Of a DNA stretch of 64,000 nucleotides, positions 28,481 to 41,300 are shown piece after piece. Within the stretch, counting starts at the first letter, position 1, and each line of letters opens with the position of its first letter. Both the position numbers and the translations under genes were made by a program. The DNA lies in the NCBI GenBank assembly GCA_051453625.1, contig JBOZIK010000001.1:39284609-39348608 (forward strand), in the 5' to 3' direction. Origin of the DNA: Welwitschia mirabilis. Its lineage: Eukaryota. The notes beneath the pieces were generated by a model. It saw nothing but the letters and a program-made list of their open reading frames with translations. It was not told the origin of the DNA and made no database searches.

Positions 28481-28652
28481 TGCTAAGACTTGTACACACC
28501 ATGGTCCCATCCCTAGGGATTCATGAAAATCCTACTTGTGTGTTGTCTATATAAGCAACCTTTTTGTGAAATAATTCAAGAAAGAGTAGAAATAAAATTT
28601 ATCTTTTGAAAATCTTGTGCTCTCCCTTCTTAAGCTCTCTTGTTTCCTAACA
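28481..28652 (+). repeat. 5' LTR (172 bp)
   Basis: TG...CA termini; colinear with 38625-38797. Confidence 0.92.
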
Positions 28653-30051
28653 AATAGTATAGGGTTTCTGAAGTTCTTGGAGAGCTTGCATGCTTTGTAT
28701 GCTTAGCATACCATTTTTGCATACTTGAATCTAGGTTTTTACTTAGATGTGTTTACATCTCTCTTATTTTACAAAAACATTTTTTTAAGATCTGTTTGTA
28801 GGTTTGGGAGGATTACATGCTTTTGCTCTTGTTTAGCTATTCCTAAGCCTCTTTGGCAATGTCTTAAGTACCTTTGTGCTTCTTATTGCCCTATGCATGC
28901 CATTTCATGCATTATTTAATGCCTATTTCTAAGCTTCTTGCATATTTACACATTTTCATGGTTTTTTGGAAGCTTTTAAAGCTTTAAGATTTTGTTAAAT
29001 CTAGATTTGCAGTTTTCTATAGATTTATGTTGTGTTTGCAGGGTTTTGATTAGATCTGGTTTTTACTTTTGTGGAGCATTCCTTTAAGCATTTCTTACAC
29101 TTCTATTTGCCAAGACATTCAAGAAAGAACTTCTATTTGTGTGTAATAAGATCCTCTGCTGCAAAGAAGCTTGATTCTCTAATGGTGTCTTTGAGAGAGA
29201 GTTTATAAGGAAGCGTGTGAGCAACTGTATCCATTGATTTGCATCCTGCACAGTACCATTTGTTTTCTTCCAACATCATTGTTGTAGTAAAGTCTGCGTT
29301 AGGATAGTAAGTCTCCTCAGTTCCTTATGTCTTGCTGTTGTGACGTTGTCTATGGGTTTTGGCCTGTGGATCTGTATTTCTGATGCCTCTACTCCATCAC
29401 TGCACCTGCACTGGGTGTCACTCTGTCCACCTGACAGTCCTGTGTGCATTCTTCTGTGCTTTTCTCTGCTGTGTGAGCCATCATGCTCTCATCAATCCCT
29501 CTGCCTCTGTGCACCGAAGCTGTCTGATCACCACGTTCTTTTTTTGCTTTAGCTACCGTCACCTGCATTTAGCTCCACTGCTGCGTTGAGCTCTCTGTGC
29601 GCTCGAGTCCTCACCCATGCCTGTATAACCACCTTGCAGTTTCTCCTTTGTTTTGTGTTGTTTCCTTGATTGCAACTAGCATTTTTTGGTGTTCACCACT
29701 GCATCGTTTCCTTGACCGCAGCCAACATTTTTGCCTATATGCCATTCCCCTGACCGCAGCTAGCGGTTTCTGGTGTTCGACGCTATGCCACCCATAGGTC
29801 CCGTTGCTGTGTTTTATTCCTTGAGTTTGCGCCTGCGATTTGCAGCGCTTGCCTACTTGGCCAATCCATATTCGTGCCTTGCCTGTGATTTACTGTGCTT
29901 GCCTGCTCGATAGATCACAGTGTTATCGATGCCCACACTGTCTAACGCTCTTCCCACCAGCTTTATGGATCGCCTGACTGACACCGTCGTGTTGCTCCAG
30001 CCTGACTGTTAAGAAACTTTAATTATATTTCTATAGGATTTATTATCACTA

Positions 30052-30125
30052 GCGTAATGTTGTTGTAATGGTGAAGTTATTTCCTTATGAAGGGGAAGAT
30101 CCAGAGTTTGACTCCACCAGATGTA
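30052..30125 (+). pseudogene. Decayed tRNA-like sequence (Pol III A/B boxes) with downstream T7 tract
   Basis: 74 nt; A-box-like tgttgtaatggtg, anticodon-arm-like tttcc-ttatgaa-gggga, T-arm/B-box agatccagagtttgactcc (cf. AGACCCGGGTTCGACTCC); T7 at 30132-30138. Confidence 0.6.
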
Positions 30126-31789
30126 AAACAATTTTTTTAAAAATTTGTGTTGGCTCTTCTTTAGTTTCTACACACATGTAGAAGTGCCAGCTAAGCCATT
30201 GCCTGTTTCTGCACACATTGATTAATTGAGCTATTGCTTAGCCTGTAGCTTAGTCATGTGCACATAGGTAGTTTTTCTATTTTTAACTATTTTGAGCTTA
30301 TTTTAGGCATTTTTCAAGTTTTTTAGAGTTTTTTGGGTTTTTTCACATTTATAAGCCCCAAACTCAGTCTTTTAAACATTCTTCTTTTTCTTCTTCTTTC
30401 TTTTTTTTCTGGGCTTTTCAAAGGTTATGGGGCATGTTTTACTAATTGTGAGTCCTTGACCTTGTTTTTTCCCTCCCTAGGTCAAGCTTGGGATGTAGAA
30501 CAAGATCCACTTGACTTAATTTTTTTCTCCAACTTAGAATTTTTTTGTTATTTGGATAGATTAATCTAAGTTTGGAATGTTGAGAAACATTTACTTAGCT
30601 TAACTATACTAAGTTAGTCCCTATCCTAGTGTGTGTCTTTTGGTGTTTTCCTTTACTTTTTCTTACATTTAAAATTTAATTTTTTGTGATTAAGGTTTAA
30701 AATTGAAAATTACCTCTTACCCCTAAACACATCACATTTTCCACTAGTAATAAGTCTTGGTTGGTAATAAGCATGGAGAGCCTTACGTAGATAGAGATCT
30801 GTGTTAAGTTATGCTGCACTCTAAGCTTGTTGTGTAGTCTTAGCTACCTTGAAGTTCAGACTATAAGGAGAGTTATGATTTTCTCAAGTGAAGACATCTC
30901 AGGCACCCTGAGGTCCAAATTCCAATGTATTCCTTAGTAATCGAGGGTATATTAAGTAAAGGTTGAAGGCATAGTGATAGAGCCTACTTGGATTTCGTCA
31001 CTAAGTCGATAATCAAATTTTAAATTTTACTGAGTCTAAGTATAAGTAGGTCACCAATATTGCATGGTACTCTCTCTTAGAAGGGGAATATAGCTAAGGT
31101 AACCAAAACTAACTAATGACTTAGATAGCCCATTAAGGTGACACATATTTTGTCCTTTTACTCTCTCAGGAGACAAGGGTACCATCATTGAAAAGGATGT
31201 GATTACTACCCAGATTCAAGAGCAAACTCTAGAATTGACAAATCTGCATTTTCGTCCCCTAATAATTAAATTAGGTTCCTTTGCATTAAAATTTACCTTG
31301 CTCACATTAAGAACCTTGTAATAAAATACCTTATTTGTTCTCATGCATATAGGTTTTTCATTGTTTAAGGTAGGGGTTTGCCTTGGTTATCACACACTCT
31401 AATTTGGATAGATCAGTCAGATTTTTGGGATTGATTCCCTTTCATTGTGACTATATCTTCCATTGTGACTTTGTTTTCTTTGTTCCATTAGGACTTTGAT
31501 AAATCATTTAAACTTGTGAATGAGAGCAAGATCTCTTTTTAGGATACTATACCATTGTTTTCATTTTTTTTCTTGTTTTATTTTCTTTTTTTGGATTTTG
31601 ATGAGTTTTTTTCGTGTATCAAACAGATCATTTTTTTAGTAGTGAATGTGAGCAAGATCTCTCTGGAATTCAACTTTACCTCATAATTTGTTAAACCTTC
31701 TTTTCACAGCATTCATCATGGCTACTTCATTGAAAGTAAATTTTAGATTTTGGCAAGTAGCTTTAAGCTCATGTTGACTATTAAAATAA

Positions 31790-34548
31790 TGGCCAACCTT
31801 AGGATGATCTTACATGATGATCAAAGTTAGAAGAATTGGAATGAGAATTTCATATTTAGAGTGCACATTTATGGATTTGATAAAGATTTTTTGAAAAATC
31901 ACATGTTATTCTTAAGAATTTAGATGAAGAAAATGTATGACAAGCCATTAATTACAAGCTCATAGAGATAATGTAAAAATTCGTGGCCACTTCATGTAAA
32001 AAATTGGTTGATAGAAGCAAGTCTAATTGTACCAACTATTGTACTTTATGTGATATATTTTATACAAAGAATGATTTAGAACTGATTAATCTCATCACGA
32101 GCATGAATACCCTTTATTATAAAAGGGGGAAAATGCATTAGATCATAGCTTAAATGATAGATATTAAAGTAAAGGTTACTAAGGTAGACCTAATGGATAA
32201 AGTCTGCATTATATCAACTTGATTCATTATTATTTGGAATATTCATCTCTTTATAACTACATTCTATCTCTTCATGAAAGTAAGCAGTTACCTAAAACTT
32301 TAATACGTTTAGTAATAATCTTATTATTATGGAAGTACAATTTAATTTTATAGGCTTCTTGTCCTCTAATATAGCGTTCAAAGTTTCTCATTCTCATGGA
32401 CCATTCTCATGGACCTTCTGGTCAATACAAGTAGTCTTCCAACAACTCTCATCCACCAAAAGCATTATGTCATGATAAGGGTAAGACTCCATAGAGATAG
32501 CCAACTAAGAAGCCTAATTAGACTTGACTAAATAAGAAGCAAATTTAGTATACTACTATTCTGAAGAAAAACAAGTATTAGTGCTTAAGATGCAAAAGAC
32601 AAGACCATATCGTGCACTTCTATTAGATACCTTAGGACAAGATTAAATCTATACCTAAGGCTAATGTAGTTACCGAATAACCTAAATTCCTTGATAATAA
32701 AAATTTTGAGTCAAATGTAATTTTTGACAACTTTAACTTTATGGATATGAGTGAGCACATACCTCATGATGAAATGTGAATTATTGACATTGATGCTACT
32801 CGTTACATGACTTATTAGTGTGATTACTTTGATGCCTTCATTAAAGCACCAAGTCAGGTTTATTTAGTAGATAAATCCCTATTTCTGGTGAAAGGCTAGG
32901 GTTTGGTTACCCTTAACTTGACATTACTCTCTCCGTAGACTATTTTCAATGTTCTATATGTGTCTTCTTTGAGGTCACATCTTCTATCACTTTCTACTTC
33001 GATGCAAAAAGATTACTTAATCTCTATGATGAAGTACTTAGTGAAAATTTTTAATTGCAATCAACAAATGGTTATGAAAGACCACATAAATAGAAAGCTT
33101 ATTCATCTTCAAGGTTATGTCAAAATGTGAGAAATCACTTACATAGTTCCCTAGATGAGATCTCTTCCTTACTACTGTAACATGCTCAACTAGGATATCC
33201 TACTATTTGCATGATGAATGTGATGCATGAGAACGATCACTGACTTCTTTTATTCATTCCATGAGATTTTCCTCAATGTGAAGCATGGATAATAAGTAAA
33301 CCAACTAGACAACAGTTTGTATCAAGTAATGGTATACCCATTAAAAACTTCTGCTTATTCACAGTGATTTATGTGGACCTATGCTAGTTTCTACTCTTCA
33401 CAGTTTTTGTTATTTTATATCTTTTATTGATGACTATTTTCAAATCTCATCAAATCTAAATCTCAAACCTTGAACATTTTTAAAAAGTTCAAAATCAAAG
33501 TGAAAAAGTAAGTCAATTTTTAAATTAAAAGTTTTCACTTAAACAATGATGACAAATATACATTTGTTGAGTTTAAGAACTTTCTTGCTTCTAAAGGAAT
33601 TCATCATTTAAATACTTTTCCTAGGACATCTCAACAAAATGGCATTGCTAAGTGATTTAATGACATAATAATGGATATGGTGCATTTCATAATATATTTT
33701 AGTGGTTATAAGACCTATTTTTGAGATGAAGTAGTGAATATTGTTTTCCATCTTCATAACTACATTGGTCAATATATTAAAAAAGGAGTATCTCTAGCTG
33801 AGAACTATTATGATATAAGATGAAATTGTAGTACTTTCTTGTATGTGAACTCAAATGATACATCTATATTCCATGTGAACATAGTAATAAATTTAGAGTA
33901 CATGCTTATATTAGCATCTTCATGGAATATCAAACAGATCAAAAGGGTTATTATCTTCCAGAACATTATAAGATCATTGTTNNNNNNNNNNTTAAAACTT
34001 CATCTTTCCTCTAACCTAGTAACCATCTTAGATGTTCAATATCCTATGATTGAGGAAAGAGATGTAGCCACAAATCCAGTTTTGATTCCTTCTATTGGTA
34101 TAGCTTCTTTACAACCTATAGGAATTGAGAAATTTGGTCTTCTAAGCATACTTAATCATAGTTCTAGTAGCAATTCAGTAGATTATCTAACCAAAGAAGC
34201 TAAGACTACTCATAGATAACATCAACATGTTTGGTTATAATCTACTATCCAAGATGTTTGTAATGATGAAAAGGGTAACAGTAGAACTAGACATGGCTTA
34301 CATACATCTTGTGATGATAATGATGATAACAAGCTCCATCTAACTTTTGATGGTGAACCAACCTCAATCAAAACTACTATTCAACATGATCATTGGATAA
34401 AATCCATGCAAGAAGAATATGATAGCCTTTTTAAAATTAGCATTTGGGAGTTGATAGATATTCTGTTAGGATGCACTGCATTATTCAACAAATGGATTTT
34501 TTACAACAAATATAATGTCAATAATAACCTTGAGTGATATAAAGCCAA
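31790..34548 (+). pseudogene. gag-pol: Copia gag-protease-integrase-RT(N-terminal) pseudogene
   Basis: CLRCKRQDHI zinc knuckle (~32582), *IIDIDATRYMT protease (32777), NVLYVSSL (~32948), L*HAQLG (~33175), LIHSDLCGPM (33354-33383), PRTSQQNGIA (~33620), HWIKSMQEEYDSL (~34391), YKAK (~34538); many stops and frameshifts. Confidence 0.9.
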
Positions 34549-35555
34549 GTCTCAAACTTAATAATGGACTTTTATAGGCTAAGTCTCAACCTTTAACAAC
34601 GGACTTTTGTAGACTAAGTCTCAATATTTGAAAGTAATAGATGTGACGCAGTGTAGCCTTGATAGCTTAGATATTACACGTTCAGTATTAGTACAATGAA
34701 TGGAGCTCTTCTCTAATAGATCACAATGATGAATCTCTTAGATCTGATTTTGAGTGTCATTTTTTTACCAAGGATAGATCTTCTCAATTAGATATGAAGC
34801 AATGAAAGAATATGCCAATGGAAATACAACTTGATCTTTTAGATCCACAATGAATATGCCAATTTAGAATAGTGCAAAAAAGCTCTTTAAATCTATACTA
34901 GCATATCCATTTATAATGGAGGGTTACTAGGGTTTATTACAAATGAATTGTGCTCCAACGGCTATAAACGGCTAGAACATGGCTAGGTAACTGTTAGGTA
35001 ATGATACATAATGTTTACAAAATTTACTTTTCTGTGTCATTTGGTTGACCCCACGAAAATCTAGTCGACCCCATAAGAACTCGGTCGACCCCATCCTGGG
35101 TCTGGTCGACCCCTTTCATCTTGGTTTAGAACTATGAACTATCAGCTTCTCAAGTCTGGTTGACCCCATTAAAATCTGGTCGATCCCTTTCCTCTCGGTC
35201 TAGGACTATTGCTTGTCAGTTCTTCAAATCTGGTCGATCACATGAAAATTGGATCAATCCCTTTCCATTTGGTTTAGGGATATTAGCTTTTGAGATCACA
35301 GGTCAGTCGACCCCTTAGAAATCTGGTCGACCTCTAGGTTTAGTTCATTTTTCTTGTGACTGCATTCGGTTTGGTCGACCTATTTAGAATCCAGTTGACC
35401 TCCATTAGAGGTAAACATAATTAAGCAGATTTTATGATGCATTTTGGTTCAATTCTTTCACCTGCAAAACTCAATCTCCTCTGCACACAATATGTAACAA
35501 TTTTCACTACATAATAGAAATTAGTTTGACATCAATTGGCAAATATAATCTAACA
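34549..35555 (-). mobile_element. Nested SIRE-like LTR fragment with ggtcgacc subrepeats
   Basis: Interrupts RT; many tggtcgaccc palindromic-core repeats at 35040-35400; minus strand begins tgttagatt...gatgtcaaac at 35555. Confidence 0.65.
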
Positions 35556-36229
35556 ATATGTTCTCTCTCTTACTAAGGATGTCATCACGTCCTTATCTGT
35601 CTTTATGATCCATGCTGCCTTTATCCTTTTCTAATTTTATTAATTCAACTTAAGCAAAACATCTTCCACATTTAAAGTAAGAGAGATTAAGATTAGATTT
35701 GCAAGGCCACATCTAAGGGTTTTGATATCCTCATCACATCTTTCTAGCAAATAAGATCTTAACAAAGGATTTTATGATTAATCACATTCCCTTCTTACAA
35801 AATTCTTGACTTATTCACTATTTGCTAGAAGTTTTAAACAACTAAACACATAAAACTGTATCCATTGAAAGCTTTTTCAAATTGTTGGTTGCTTCTTTCT
35901 GAATTATTGCCTTTTGCTAAACCATTCTGCATGGCCTCTGCTGCTTCATTAGTCTCATTCTAAAAATTCAACAACTTGAGAAAGTAATAGTAGTGGACAC
36001 TGATATTGAAGTCAGAGAAAGAAAGGAAATGAGCAAGAACATTAAAATGAAGTGAAGTGCAAAGTACATTTGAAGAATGACAACCATCTTACATGTAAAT
36101 TTGCTAAAATTATAGTTATGAAACCTAAAAAAGATGTAGAAAAACAAGAGAAATGCAAGTACAAATGAATCACTCATAGAATTCAATGACCATAAGCATT
36201 CAAATGATGCTTTTCTGGAGTTTAGAAAG

Positions 36230-36895
36230 TTGTAAATGGTACAATACCTAAACTAATAGATGCATCCAAAGTTATAGAGTAGGAAACGCTAGATCAAAGG
36301 GCTATATCTCTAATTGGACTTATACTTGAAGATAATTACTTATCCTATCTTAATTTAGTTAACTCATCAAAAGCAAACTGGAAAGAGTTGAATAATTTAT
36401 TTGGTGTAAGTAGTCAAGAGGCTAAGTAAATGTAGAAGAATCAACTTTATGGTTTAAAGATGGATGAAAGGCAAAGGCATGAGTGAACATATCAACTACT
36501 TTCAATCAATTTTAACTCAACTTTATTTTATCAATGCTAAAGTGGATGATGATGATGCCAAAGCCATCTTACTTAACAGTCTCCCATCCAAGATTAATCA
36601 CATTGTCTTTACAGTGAAGAAGGTTCCATTTTTACTTGAAGCCACCATCTGCATACTTCTTGAAGAGTTTAGGAAAATGGAACATAAATAAATAACAGCT
36701 AAAGCTTTGATAATTATCAAAGGTAAATCACAAATCAATGGAGACAAGTCTTGTTACTATTGTAAAAGAACTGGACATGAAGCAATTAATTATTTTGACC
36801 AAGAAAGTGTTCTACTTACTAGAAAATTGAGAAAGCAAGCTCTCATAGGCAAAATAAAAACTGAACCTAAACCTAAAGAAGCAACAACTTCATAA
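36230..36895 (+). pseudogene. gag: Second copia gag remnant (UBN2-type gag plus zinc knuckle) nested in the host element
   Basis: DQRAISLIGL..., SSKANWKELNNLFG, MSEHINYFQSILTQL...DDDAKAILLNSLP, CYYCKRTGH; followed by PPT-like aaaggggg (~37079) and ~245 bp of LTR-like sequence ending ...cccttca (~37331). Confidence 0.8.
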
Positions 36896-37332
36896 GTTGA
36901 TATAGTTCTTTCTAGCTTCTAATTATTTCTAGTCCCTATTGTCTCGAGTTATTCTGAATTATTCCAAGTTATCTCACCTTGTCCTAGGTAAATGTTCCTT
37001 ATTATTTAAGCTAGGTTGGAGGCTTGTTCTAATCATATCTTATTTTGTAATGTTAAATTTTACATGAAATTTAACATCAAAGGGGGTATTAGAATTATTT
37101 ATTTTTGAAATTTTTATTTTTATAAAGTGGTTAACACCACTTCCCTGGTTTTTAATCCCATGTCCTATTTTCTCTCCTATATCCTCTCATATAATCATCT
37201 AATTCTTACTTATTTTCTATTATGTGGCAAGCTCTAAATTCTTGCATTGAATAATAAAAATTAGAGTTTTAACAATAAAATATAGTGCTTGTCATCTTTT
37301 TGCTATCTTAAGGATTTCTCTAAACCCTTCAA

Positions 37333-38270
37333 TATGTAGTTGATATGCTGATAACGAGAAGTGATGAAGAAGATGTAAAATGAACAAAAATTATATTGAG
37401 TAAGGCATTTAAGATTTCTAATCTCAGATTGGTCAGATTCTACTTAAGTGTAAAAATTATTTAGCAAAAGGATGAAATCTTCTTAACACAAAAGAATTAC
37501 ATTGAATATTTGATCTATAAATTTGGACTAGAAGATGTAAAAGAAGTTATAATGTCTTTAAAGAAAATTATCAAGGTATATGCTGACAAAGACTCAGGAC
37601 CTACAAATGAAATGAAATACAAAAGTGTAGTATGAAGTTTGATTTATGTAATCAACACTAAGCCAGACATATTATATATTGTTAGTGTATTATTAAGATA
37701 TCTTTATGCACCTAAGGTTACTTATCTAAATACTACAAAGAGGGTACTAATGTATCTAAAGAACATAAAAGAGTTAGGTGTCATGTATAAAAGAAACTCT
37801 CAATTTTTCCTAAAGGCATACTCTGACTAGATTTTGCTAGAGAAACTAATACCTCATTATTAACATCTGGATATGTTATGTATTTAGGAACATAGCCTCT
37901 ATCGTAACGATTAAAGTATCAGAGAACTATAGCATGATATTCTACTAAAGTTGAATATATTGCTGCTTATGAAGCATGTAGAGAGATCAAATGGCTAAGA
38001 AAATTATTAAAAGTAGTGAACCTAAAATAGACTACAAGAATAGAAACCTTCATTGACAACCAATCAGTAATTTGCATGGTAAAAGATTAAGTGCACCATG
38101 ACAAGATAAAACATTTTTGTGTTGGAGGTCCATAAAATTAGGGGACTCATACAGAATGAAATTATTACATCAATATATTATTCAATCACATAATAAACCG
38201 CCGATATCCTTACAAAATTTATTAGTTAAGAGAAGTTCTAATATTTTTAATCTAAGATTAGATTGATGAT
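37333..38270 (+). pseudogene. pol: Copia RT (C-terminal) and RNase H pseudogene
   Basis: YVVDMLIT (YVDD-like, 37333), SLIYVINTKPDI, KRVLMYLK, AYSD, STKVEYIA, DNQSVI, ADILTK (~38200). Confidence 0.9.
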
Positions 38271-38624
38271 GAGTTGATTCAAACTTATTTCTCTTTTGTA
38301 CATTGTGGGATTCATTTGATTTATGAGTCTCTGATTGAAGTCACACCTAATCCTAGTTCTATGGGATGTAGAACAAATATGGCCTAGTACTATAGGATGT
38401 GTAGTACATGTCTTGGCCTAGCATTACGAGATGTGTAATGCACATAATAAGCCTATCTGCTATAATATATGTAATAGTAAATTAACTACTTATTTTACAA
38501 AGTAGTTCCTTCACACAATAACTCCTTTTTGGAAGTTTTATTGTAGGTTGCATTTCTAATGTTTTTCCTTGGGTACTCCAATTTTTTCTTGGAAGAGAGT
38601 GTACTTCCATGTTGAGAGAGGAAT

Positions 38625-38797
38625 TGCTAAGACTTGTTTACACCATGGTCTTAAGCCTAGGGATTCATAAAAACCCTAATGGTATGCCTCTATATATGAA
38701 TAAGCTCTTTGTGAAAGAATTCAAGAAAGAGGAGAAATAAAATTTATCTTTTGAAAATCTTGTGCTCTTCATTCTTGAGCTTTATTGTTTCTTAGCA
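38625..38797 (+). repeat. 3' LTR (173 bp)
   Basis: TG...CA termini, PPT upstream, TSD downstream. Confidence 0.92.
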
Positions 38798-40140
38798 GAT
38801 TAAACTAGATCGAATAAGATCAAATGGTTAAACTTAGTCATATGTAGTTAATCAATGTCAATTAATGTTTAATTGATTAATATAGATTAAAGTAGATCAA
38901 ACATAGTGAAATCAAATTAGATGGATTAAGTTGGACCAATGTCATACTAGTTTGAACAAGATCAAACTCCTCAAATCTAATCAAACATAGTCAAACAAGA
39001 TTAAATTGATGTCTAATTGATCAAATTAGATTAAACTAGTTACTGTTGATCAAAGTAGATAACAGTAGATCAAACTAGACCAAATATGATGAAATAATGT
39101 AAAATAGATCAAAGTATGTCAGATTAGGTTAATCAAGTTTAAAGATATAACAGTAATTCAAACTAGGTTAAATGATGTTAATTTTATCAAACTTAGTTAA
39201 ACCTAATCAAAAAATATTAAATGATCTCTATTTAATTAAACTAGATCAAACCAAATCAAAATAGATTAAAGTATATCAAAGTAGGTTAAACTATGTCAAA
39301 GTAGATTAAAAAGGGTAAAATGATGTAAAGTAGATCAAAGTGGGTTAGATTACATTAAGCAAGTTGAAACAATATCATACTAGATCAAACTAGATTAAAG
39401 TAGTCAAACTTAGTTAAACATAATCAAATAGGGTCAAATGATGTCTAGTCAATCAAACTGAATCAAAATATGTGAAATTATATTAAAGTATGTCAAACTA
39501 AATCAAACATGGTGAAATGATGTAAACTAGATTAAACTAGGTAGATCATATTGGATCAAGAAAGTTGAATAGAGGTCATACTAGGTCACACTAGATTAAT
39601 TAAGATTAAACATAGTTTTAAAAAAGTATTAAATGATGTTTACTTGATCAAACTAGGTTAAACTAGATCAAAATAGATCAAGGTAGATCAAATCATATTA
39701 GAGTAGATCCAACATGGTGAAGTGATGTGAAATACATCAAACTTAATTAAATTAGGTAGAGCAAGTTGGAAAAAAATCACGCTAGATCAAGATAAGTTAA
39801 ATAAGATTGCATTAGTAAAACTTAGTTAAACTTACTCAAACAAGATCCAATGATGTTTAATCAATCATATGAGATCAAAATAGATATCATTAGATGAAAC
39901 TAGATTAGAGTGAATAAAACTAGAAACACATTTTTTTCACAAATAACTAAATCCTATAGCATCATTAACAAAATCAAATTATATCAAACATGGTGAAATG
40001 ATGTAAAATAGATTAAATAAGGTCAAATTAGATCAAGTAAGTTGAAATGAAATCATACAATGTCAAACTGGGTCAAACTAAGTTAAAGTAGTTAAACTCA
40101 ATCAAACATAATCAAACAAGATCAAATGATGTCTAATTAA
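38798..40140. repeat. Degenerate ~10-bp AAACTAGATC satellite (right arm)
   Basis: Same motif set as 26580-28480; resumes immediately after the 3' LTR. Confidence 0.9.
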
Positions 40141-40389
40141 TCCCTATTTCTTGAAATGCGATAAAAATGAAATAATCCTAACATCATTTCAATTATCTTT
40201 CATTTGATAAATACTGCAAATGTGTATTCTGGATCTATAATTTCCAAAAATTAGTACACATGCTTCATTAAGATTTATTAATAAATAAGCTTATCAAATT
40301 GATTAAAGGTAAACTAAGGAAATTTGTAAAATTATTTTGAAATCCTTAGTAAAATCCGTAAAAATGATCTTATAAAAGAGAAAGAGTAA

Positions 40390-41300
40390 CATGCATTTTA
40401 CCTTTAATTTTTTCATTAAAAAGCTAACCTCTGTGACTCTTAAATACTATGCTCTTGCATTTGTACATTTGTGTAATATTATATCCAATAATTCTACTAC
40501 TACTCTCTATAACATTTTCTTTTATCTATGGCATTTTACAATTAAGTGTTTTTTCCCATTTTACCCTTGTTTCTTAATGCACTATTATGCTATTAAACTT
40601 AAAGGAAGTTTTAGTAGTGACAATTTAGAAGAATGTGACTTAAAGTATTTTAAGTCTATTAAAATTTACACTAATGCATTCCTAAAATGAGTTAAAACGA
40701 GTATGATTATAAGGATTTCACTTAGAGGAATACAAAGATTAATAAAGTGTTATTGAAAAGTGTGAAGATAAATAAGCTTTATGAAAATGAGGGTTTTACT
40801 CCCCATGAAAAATAAATGTTGGATATAGAAGATGTTAAACATGTTGATTTTCATGAATTTGACATAAATTATAGGTACCTAGCTATACTTTATGTCATAA
40901 TGACATACCCAAAATATCTCATAGCAAACTACTCACCCATAATAAAATAACAAAATCACTTGATAAATCATGACAACTAGATACTTTAGTAGCACTTTAG
41001 TAAAACATACTTTTAGATTACTCAGCTTGAGGGGAAGAATAACTAGATCTCTTAAGAGAGGGATGAAAAAGCAAAACTTCTTTATGAAGCATGAAACATC
41101 ATTAAGAAGATTTATGCCAAACTCAAGAAGCTTTACTAAATCCAAATCTTGAAATAAGCAAAGCCACATAAGAAACTTATAAAAACTACTAAAGAAACTA
41201 TCGAACTAGACGCTATTATCATATAAGCCATTATAGGACGTAATGCTAAAGTAGGTTTAGAAGCCAAAATGGAATAACTACTAAAATCTAAGATGTAAAA
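40390..41300 (+). pseudogene. Decayed ORF, possibly a retroelement 3' extra (env-like) ORF with a coiled-coil tail
   Basis: One frame reads ITQLEGKNN*IS*ERDEKAKLLYEA*NIIKKIYAKLKKLY*IQ, where the stops are single C>T changes from Gln/Arg codons; FPFYPCFLMHYY upstream; PPT-like aaagggggagt at ~42846 downstream. Confidence 0.35.

Larger units (their letters stand above)
28481..38797 (+). mobile_element. Ty1/copia LTR retrotransposon with short LTRs, decayed, with nested insertions
   Basis: LTRs 28481-28652 and 38625-38797 (tgctaagacttg...ca); TSD GATTA at 28476-28480 and 38798-38802; PBS-like aatagtataggg at 28653; PPT gagagaggaa at 38614-38623; copia domain order PR-IN-RT-RH. Confidence 0.93.

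Noticed and set aside
29340..29797. Cys/His/Leu-rich ORFs as metallothionein or zinc-finger genes
   Set aside because: Overlapping frames have the same bias, explained by CT/TG-rich composition of the copia leader; no recognisable domain.
30165..30182. Hairpin ttctaca-caca-tgtagaa as a terminator or Helitron end
   Set aside because: A 7-bp AT-rich stem is expected by chance in 64 kb; no CTRR end context identified.
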